Source: Nemertoderma westbladi
Taxonomy: Eukaryota > Animalia > Xenacoelomorpha
Reading direction: 5' to 3'
DNA length: 43,673 nucleotides
NCBI GenBank assembly: GCA_032718475.1
Contig: JAUCBJ010008531.1
Span: 1-43,673, forward strand
In this document: piece after piece, positions 35,879 through 43,673 of the stretch
Numbering within the stretch: position 1 is the first letter of the stretch
How the letters are laid out: each line of letters opens with the position of its first letter
Notes under the pieces: generated by a model
What the model was told of the DNA's origin: nothing
The model's database searches: none
Seen by the model: only the letters and a program-made list of their open reading frames with translations
Made by a program: the position numbers and the translations under genes

Positions 35879-38731
35879 TTACTGGTAAATGGCCATTTTA
35901 CGAGAATGAAGTGATAGAACATCGACAAGTTCGACCTGGCAGATACCAACAACCGATTCATCCAAACCTGTACAAACCCCTCCCATGGAAACAGGGTTAC
36001 AAATATTCTCAGATATTCCTTTCTGTATTTGGACAGATACATCGCCATCTTCCCTTTCCTTTTGTATATCAACTAAGTCCACCCCCACTCTTCCTAAAAT
36101 CTTTATAAATGGTCCACACATTTTACCACTTCCAACATGATTGCCGCTATCAAATGTTTCAAGCCCTTCAATTTCACGATAGGTTAATAAGTTAGAAGAA
36201 GTAACATTGTCAAACATTGGGAAAGCAGTAGTTGTATTGGTTTTAGGGCGAATTCCATCGACATTTGAAATGGTTTTGGAAATAGAAACACCAGAATCTG
36301 AATGCCCTTCGCTCACTGCATTTGTATCGCGATAATGGTGAGATGATTCAACATCTTGGATGTCTAAATCTGATATAGTATCCCAAGTAATATGTTCCTT
36401 ACAGCTGCTGCTGGTATTACACACGTGCAGTCCAGTTGTTGAGGCTAAGTGTTTAATATTGTTTGCGTGGTTTGTTAACTTGATACCCATAGAGATGTTA
36501 TCATTAACTGCATCTGGATCGTACTTATTCTGTTTGTGTTCATTGATCAAAGCACACCCTCCAAATACATCTATCAGTTGAACCTCACACTCTCCCACAA
36601 CCGATCCATTATATGCACGATGAGTGATTCCACAGTGCTGGATGTCATTAGTATTGGTATTGGTATCATCTCTAGTGGTGTGTACAGTTAGAGGATCCCC
36701 GGTGTCAAACGGTTGGCAGTCATTCAGCTTTTTATCAACCTGGTTAGTATCATAAATACTGACGTCTCCGTTACCAAGTGCACTAGAATCTTTAGTATAA
36801 TTACGCGTATGGAAATAACCATCATGAAAAAACAAGATGCCCCCTTCTATAGTATTACCAGCAATAATATCATTAATACTTTTGCAAATATCATCATCAT
36901 TTAATTGAGAAGAGGATTTCTTTCTAATATGCCGATTTAAGTTTTTATCAAAAGATAAAACATCAACTAGTTTCACCCGATATTCTCCATCATCTATTGT
37001 TGAATCAACTGCAATACACTTATTATGTATCATGTCATAGATCAAATCAGATTGCTCTATATCGATTAATTGTACCTCACATTCCATCACAACTGGAATA
37101 CTATGAGCAGGTTTGTAAATATCATCCATATCAATCAGAGGCGACTCACACTCCTCCACAACTGGAATATGATCTATATCGATCAATTGCACCTCACACT
37201 CCCTCACAACTGGAACATTATGAGCAGGTTTGTTAATATCACCTGTATCGATCAGAGGCACCTCACATTCCTCCACAACTGGAATATTATGCGCAGGTTT
37301 GTTTATCTCATCTATATCGATCATTGGCACCTGACTTTCCTTGACATTGTTAATATTATCCATATTGATCAATTGCACCTCACACTCCCTCACAACTGGA
37401 ACATTATGAGCAGGTTTGTTAATATCACCTGTATCGATCAGAGGCAACTCACATTCCTCCACAACTGGAATATTATGCGCAGGTTTGTTTATCTCATCTA
37501 TATCGATCATTGGCACCTGACTTTCCTTGACATTGTTAATATTATCTATATCGATCAATTGCACCTCACACTCCCTCACAACTGGAACACTATGAGCAGG
37601 TTTGTTAATATTATCTATACAGATAAGAGGCACATCACACTCCTCCACAACTGGAATATCAATCGCAGGTGTGTATATCTCATCTATATCGATCAATTGC
37701 ACCTGACATTCCTTCACAACTTGAACATTACGAGCAAGTTTGTTAATATGTTGGCAATGACTAAAATCCTGATGCATACTAGAAGAATGTCCTACATCTC
37801 TTAAAATTTGGTCAGTTTTGTCATACTCAACTTCAATTTCATGTTCATGATAATCTCTATTTGTGATATCATGAAATGTATCCTTCATACAATCAACAAT
37901 GTTGATTCTCAAGGTATTATCAATTGTAATCATACTGGACCCCTGAGTGTCCAAATATTGGCAACAGTTAGACCTATTGTCTAGATTCTGGACAACTTGA
38001 ATCATGCTATTGCTGGAGGTAGAATTCGATGAATTAACTTCCTCATATTTTCTGTTCTTCAAATCAACATTGGACAGAAAATTATTTGTTTTAACGAATG
38101 GAAACTTCACTTTAAGCTTGGGTATTTGTTTCTTTTTAACTCGCTTTGGCAGGTAAATGGCTTTTTCCAATGGTAATTTGTCTACCTCTGAGCTTGGCAA
38201 GCTTGGAAGGTCCACAATAACAGCAGTATTATTTGCAGGATCCTTCATGACTGATATATCGCCAACCTTTGTTTCTTTAGACGTATCTGATGCATTATCA
38301 ACAACCTTATCATTCTTAGCTTTATCACTTAAAATCTTCTCTCGGGATCGCAGAAGTAACTTAATCATATCATCACAACCGAGCTTTTGAGTTATAGGTT
38401 GTAACTGTTCTACAATATCTAACAAATTATCCATATGTAACCCCATTGCCTGCCGAATATTTCCTCTTAATAATTCCTGATATTTCCTCTTACCACCAGT
38501 CACAACATTATCCAAATCCCCTGTATTGTTATAATTTCTGAAACAATTGACCCGAGTTGGTATACTGACTGCCACACCATGATGGAATTTCTTTCTTAAA
38601 GGTAGTTCGTCAGTAATAATAGCCTGTTCTTTGAGAATTTCCAATAAATGCTCAAACTTATCTTCACTATAGTTATTTATATCACAAAATATTTGCTGTT
38701 CAGAATTAGTAAGATTTTCAATTGTTATCAT
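35879..38731 (-). CDS. Uncharacterised 950-aa protein with tandem VxECxVxLIDI repeats, nested in an SLC6 intron
   Basis: 2853-bp uninterrupted ORF in AT-rich DNA, about three quarters of it non-repetitive; ATG in aaaATG context; basic NLS-like PKRVKKK; repeat indels keep the frame; AATAAA at 35482-35487 (minus). Confidence 0.75.
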   Translation of the reverse strand: MITIENLTNSEQQIFCDINNYSEDKFEHLLEILKEQAIITDELPLRKKFHHGVAVSIPTRVNCFRNYNNTGDLDNVVTGGKRKYQELLRGNIRQAMGLHMDNLLDIVEQLQPITQKLGCDDMIKLLLRSREKILSDKAKNDKVVDNASDTSKETKVGDISVMKDPANNTAVIVDLPSLPSSEVDKLPLEKAIYLPKRVKKKQIPKLKVKFPFVKTNNFLSNVDLKNRKYEEVNSSNSTSSNSMIQVVQNLDNRSNCCQYLDTQGSSMITIDNTLRINIVDCMKDTFHDITNRDYHEHEIEVEYDKTDQILRDVGHSSSMHQDFSHCQHINKLARNVQVVKECQVQLIDIDEIYTPAIDIPVVEECDVPLICIDNINKPAHSVPVVRECEVQLIDIDNINNVKESQVPMIDIDEINKPAHNIPVVEECELPLIDTGDINKPAHNVPVVRECEVQLINMDNINNVKESQVPMIDIDEINKPAHNIPVVEECEVPLIDTGDINKPAHNVPVVRECEVQLIDIDHIPVVEECESPLIDMDDIYKPAHSIPVVMECEVQLIDIEQSDLIYDMIHNKCIAVDSTIDDGEYRVKLVDVLSFDKNLNRHIRKKSSSQLNDDDICKSINDIIAGNTIEGGILFFHDGYFHTRNYTKDSSALGNGDVSIYDTNQVDKKLNDCQPFDTGDPLTVHTTRDDTNTNTNDIQHCGITHRAYNGSVVGECEVQLIDVFGGCALINEHKQNKYDPDAVNDNISMGIKLTNHANNIKHLASTTGLHVCNTSSSCKEHITWDTISDLDIQDVESSHHYRDTNAVSEGHSDSGVSISKTISNVDGIRPKTNTTTAFPMFDNVTSSNLLTYREIEGLETFDSGNHVGSGKMCGPFIKILGRVGVDLVDIQKEREDGDVSVQIQKGISENICNPVSMGGVCTGLDESVVGICQVELVDVLSLHSRKMAIYQ
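37055..37725 (-). repeat. Coding tandem repeat: 11 motif copies with a 186-bp (62-aa) higher-order unit
   Basis: VVRECEVQLIDIDNINN / VKESQVPMIDIDEINKPAHNIP / VVEECEVPLIDTGDINKPAHNVP triplet is duplicated. Confidence 0.92.
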
Positions 38732-39135
38732 TTTTAAATAATATTAATAAGAATGTTGAGATTAATATTGTCAAATGCGAACAGACCTATTATCAGTCAG
38801 TACTTGTATTTGATTATACATAGCTATTATCAAATATATACTTTTCTATTATACATACATACATGATACATGCGGGTATTTTTTTAACAGTATAATTAGA
38901 TAGATTACGTTGCACTGTGCGTGCACTGTAACCTGATTCTTTCCCTAAATTGAAATCTAGCATTGAGATGTGATATTAATTGGCCGAAATGGCATATCGT
39001 TCAGCCACCCCGGGATGGTCTGGCACGCGTCCATTGTACAATAACTGAATAATGTACATTTAACTATTTGATGTCGGATTGATGATGGCACAGGACGCGT
39101 GCACTTCCAATATGTTTGCTGGAGTGGCGCGCTTT

Positions 39136-39143
39136 TTTTATAT
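39136..39143 (-). promoter_or_regulatory. Candidate TATA box for the nested ORF
   Basis: Minus strand cttaTATAAAAaaagcgcgcc in a CpG-richer patch about 400 bp upstream of the ATG. Confidence 0.25.
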
Positions 39144-42100
39144 AAGAGTGGCGCACTATAGGCCTATCTGGACCACATTTTGTAAATCTAAATCAAAATC
39201 TAAGTTAAGCTGAACTTATTCAGACTTAGTCAGCCTATGGTTCCTACCAATCTTTCATATTTGCACTCTACTGTAATCGGTTTTTGCTTGCCTACCATGT
39301 GGCTTTTATTACTCTATGCTAATACTGTAATACAGTAATACAGTAATGTGCCATAATTGTAGTCATCCGACAGTCTGACAGTAGGCCTACCAACACTGAT
39401 ATAACTTTCAAACAATGTTATTTTAATTGTTAGTTTGTTTTTTGGTTCGGGTTTGTTTGTCAGGCAAAAAACATACCGGTAATATATTTAGCGGAATTTC
39501 TGACAATATTGCCATTTCGTCCGAAGGCAGAAGGGCCGATAATCAGTTAATGGTAGCCTAATAAATAATGCCCGAAATTCGCTAGATTATGACTTTACTG
39601 TTTAGGGTTACGGTACCTTACGCTTTACATTACATTACCTACCCATTTACAATTTAACCAGGGTTTGTTTGGACAGTCACTCTATAATCTAACCTATCCA
39701 TGGTTAACATTTGGGTGGAAAAAATGTTGACCACTGGTATACACAAGCCTATTGCCGATTATTACCCATAATTCAGGAATTCAGCAGTGTCTTTTATTTA
39801 CTCAACTTAGAGTTATAGTTTAAAGAAATCAAGAATAAATATAACGAAATTAAAATACCGGTACATCATTCGTTTAAAATGATTTATAAATAGGCCAAAG
39901 CTAATGTCTGAATATGAGTACTAGTACCGGTATTTTTTATCACCCATATTTGCGGCCTAGTATAATGATAAATATGCCTACGGAATGCCTATGCCAATAT
40001 GCGGGCAACGGGCAGATGAACTCATTTCTGCCTTGCAGCCTTTACGGTATATATAGGGCAGGCGTAGCGCGTAGGCCTATTTCTGTCTGCCTACTCCTAC
40101 AACAGTACACAGTACTCAGTACTCAGTACTGTAGTATCGTATATAAAATACAGATGCGTCATCTGGTCATGCACTAACAGCAATTTGGAATGGGGGGGGG
40201 GGGGGGGGGGGGGGGTGTTAGGGGGTACTAGACGAAATTTTGCAGAAAAATATGATCATGATCAGGGGCTAATTTAGGTTGTAGGAGGCCCTAGGCCATA
40301 ACTTTTTGGGAGGCCCTCTATTGAAATTTATATTAAATTTTTAGGGTGAGTGTTAAGCAAGCTGCAAGGCTAATAATTTTTAATTACTTTCCTTGCACTT
40401 TCATAAATAAATGCAAATTTCTGCTACAGTAGATTTAAAAACTTTTCACAGATTAGAATGTATGTTTGAAAGATAATACTGTCACCATTCGCCCATGTCA
40501 GCATGTGAAGAATACCAGGATTTCACTTTTCGGTCGAATTTTTATTGAAATTTTATATATGAAGATTTTTTATTTTTTTAAATTTATCTTTATTAAGTGT
40601 TTTATAGGGCTTATTTCTGTCTTATAACCTGCACATATACTAATTCGTTTATTGTTTTGGTTAGATTCGGCCCTTCTGTAACCTGTGTTTTTGGTGAAAA
40701 CCTGGTTTCTTCACATGAGGGTAACTGCAAACTGAAATATAACAGCAGACAGTCTGGTATACTTCATATGGGCCCTGTCACCCGATTCAGGGCACCGTTA
40801 GCCCTTATTCAATTGTTTGTAGCCCAACAATTTTTTCGCGCACTCAACCATAAATTGGCCTTCACCCTCACTGTTTTGGCTGAACACAACGTCATACAGT
40901 AATACTGTAGCAGTACATATTGCATTGACAATCTGACAATCAACTCCAGATGGGGGGGGGGGGGGGGGGGGGGGACCTGCACCTGACGCAATAAAAATTC
41001 ATCCCTCTCCAGGGGAAATTCGACGCAAATAACAGCTGATTATTCTCAAAAATAAAACTGTATCCTGTTCTATATTGTGCTTATAGTTTATTGTTTTGGT
41101 TAAATCTCCTAGGAAATAAATACGTACCCCCAATTCTTCCGACGGCAATGGTTATCGGGCCAATGACAAGTGTCTGAAATTCTACAAAATTTCTTAGATT
41201 AGAGCCTCATGACTTACAGTAGGGTTACATTACAGTTTTAATTAGGGTTTGGGCTTGACCAAAAACCTAACCAAAAAAATAAACCCATAAATCCAAGTAA
41301 AAGTGTAGCATAGTCACTAATGTGTGGCTGTACTTTAAACGTTAATAACTCGGCCAAATCTCGGTACACATGTAGTCTAGCAAAAGTTTAAAAAATTTCC
41401 CAAGTTGAATTTGCGTGTGGCCTAAGATAAATTCAGTTAATTAGTTAATTAAGTTGATTAGGGTAAAAACAGCATTTTCAACCTGCCTTTTAAGGGAAAT
41501 TAATTATTTTATAGTATAAGATATAAATAATTATACTTAAAGGTTATACAGCTGTAATCCCCATATCCCCATTCCATTATAGTTTTTAATTAGTTTAAGT
41601 GATTTGCTTTAAGAAATGTGTTTTTATTTCATCTTAACAGTAATTAAGTTATCAAAATTCCCCGGTCACTCTATACTTCCAGCTCCCTCAACAATTGACA
41701 TGCTTGCTATTGCCTATTATTGGTAACCAGTCCAATCCTTCACCACTACAATGGGTAATTACATTTAGGACATAGGCACTAGTGTAATGTGCCATACTAA
41801 TAAGCCAGCTTGCTTATAATATTTATCTCGCAAAATGATTGACTGAGTATTTAATCGTGATTCTTTAGAATAATTAGCTAAATAATTTCGTTGAGGCATC
41901 GAGGTGTTGGCATTGTAAATTAATATTTCAGTAATACTATCGTAATATATAATTAATCAATACTATCGGCATAAGGTAAGTTTTAATATTTCTTAACGAA
42001 TTGGGTCGCCTCTATGCCTAAAATTTAAAACATAAATTTCCTGTTAATACCTCTCTCTGCCTTTCATTAATCAAATGTGCGCCTTTGGGTTGGGGTGGTG

Positions 42101-42576
42101 CAGATTAAGAGGGCGGTTGAAGCGACGGGGGAACTTTCCTCTCTTCTTTTATTTATTCTTATTGGTGGTTTGGTTAAATTTCTTAAAAATACAAATTTTG
42201 AGATAGAATACGAACGTGTGTACATATCCTCATACTCATATTCTGTCTCCTATGAACGCTACTGGAATCATTCCACCCGCCGAAAAAAACAATTCTCACC
42301 GGCTGTAAAAATTTCTACATTTTATACATCCGTCTCTACGTAGGAGTTGCAAAATTATGTATTTCCATTTTCGAATATAAGACATTGTTTTAATTCAATT
42401 ATTTATGTGTATTTCTAGAACTGGCCAAATGTATAAGTATTTTTTTCTGAGTGCGATCGAGAGTTTTGGTTAAATAACAGTGATTTCCTTCTGCCCAGAT
42501 AGATTATAACATTTATCGCTGCCCTGGAATAGAGGTTAAAAAGTTTCAGTTTAGTTTGAGTATTTGAGAAACTCAC

Positions 42577-42799
42577 CTGTCCAGACCGTAGACCCACGCC
42601 ACTCCGATTACCTCCGACAAAGCGATGATTAAAAGAGGAATTGTAGCCGCATATTCGTCAAACATCTGTAGGACATACTCGCCGCTTCGCAGACTAAATA
42701 CGATACCCAAAAGGAAAGCTGAAACGCAAAGCGCCAGAGAAACAAACTCTCTACGAACATTTTGGAACAGTCGTAAATCCAATAACGACGTTAGTGCAC
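42577..42799 (-). CDS. SLC6 transporter, internal exon (TM9-TM10); upstream exons lie outside the window
   Basis: Acceptor ttgtag at 42800; RSGEYVLQMFDEYAATIPLLIIALSEVIGVAWVYGLD matches the SLC6 GxY...FD.Y...E...V.WVYG pattern; donor AG|GTGAGT at 42576, phase 2, compatible with the next exon. Confidence 0.93.
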
Positions 42800-43084
42800 C
42801 TACAAGGATCAAAATAAATATTTACTGTATATTACACCGAATAACACTTTATTGGTTTATAAGAAAATAGTTTCAGTCAATTTACGCGCTGTGTGGCGAA
42901 GAAGTAAAATAAACAAATATAACTTCTCCTAGTGTATAAAGTACTTTATCTACACGTATATAATACTTGTACTTAACAATGTTCTCATCCTCCTATTCTT
43001 ATTTGCACTTACTCCTTACGTTCGTTTGAATCTACAGTGATACTTTCTTATGGATCACACCCACACTTAAGTCCAGAAGAGCCT

Positions 43085-43335
43085 TTGCGTACAATTAGTG
43101 GACCTAGTGAATTGCCCCCTAGCGGTCGACATATGAACTGTGGAAGTCTGTCTGTGTGTAGAATTTCAAAACTTTTTATAGATTTAAGACTACAAGTGTA
43201 CCAAGTTTAGTTCCAATTCATTAAAGATTGACAGACTTCGTAGCGGTTTAAACAACGAGAAGAACGACGACAGCACGGTTCACTAATTATATCCATACGC
43301 CAAGGCTCACCTGGACTTGTGGCTCGCCCCACATA
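43085..43335 (-). mobile_element. Fragment related to the HINE-like element at 22972-23533
   Basis: gtggctcgccccaca is the reverse complement of tgtggggcgagccac (22980); shares the ccgctag(a/g)gggc motif and an aaacttgg motif. Confidence 0.55.
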
Positions 43336-43673
43336 GGACAATTAATATAACAAGGGTAACGGTAGAGTCTAGGATGGCTCCTTATACCCCAAAGTTTATA
43401 ACAAGTGCACAGATAAAGATCTTAATCAAAGGAATTCTTAAAGACTTTCTATAGTGATCGTAGAACAGCACAACACCTGAGTAATAATAACATTCATTGC
43501 TATTACACGAGAAGTGAGTAACCAATGTACCGAAACAAATAGGAAGGAACAATGGAAGCTCAATCATCGGTCATTATAATTCCTATCACGAATATCGCAA
43601 CCTCAATCAATGCGACCACAATGGGAGCAGTTGGAGGCCGCCGCTCTCCTACCGGCTGAAGATAGCCAAACCC

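Noticed and set aside
37070-37804. 244-aa plus-strand ORF
   Set aside because: Antisense shadow of the coding repeat in the 950-aa ORF; the small plus-strand ORFs over the channel exons are likewise shadows
43382-43673. A further upstream SLC6 exon
   Set aside because: The minus-strand translations I read lack the expected TM8 motif (W..LFF.ML..LG..S.FG); that exon probably lies beyond the window

Overview
AT-rich, intron-containing animal genomic DNA, most consistent with a marine invertebrate (taxon not determinable from sequence). Two host genes are recognisable, both on the minus strand. One is a complete two-coding-exon DEG/ENaC channel (about 681 aa, 8971-11484) that carries LDL-receptor class A (LDLa) modules inside its extracellular loop. 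The other is the last three exons of an SLC6 neutral-amino-acid-type transporter (31486-42799). An 8.2-kb intron of the SLC6 gene contains a same-strand, uninterrupted 950-aa ORF of unknown family, built around an array of VxECxVxLIDI motifs, with a C29/G33 fold-back downstream of it. The rest is mostly decayed mobile DNA: a Mag-type Ty3/gypsy element with 62-bp LTRs, TSD and PBS; a solo LTR; RTE-, L2/CR1- and CRE-like LINE fragments; a 9-bp-TSD MULE-like composite element; a Helentron-associated (HINE-like) element; tRNA-derived SINE heads; and several minisatellites. A compact cassette at 24150-25360 has promoter motifs and overlapping frames broken only by TGA codons. All family calls come from motif recognition by eye; no searches were run.
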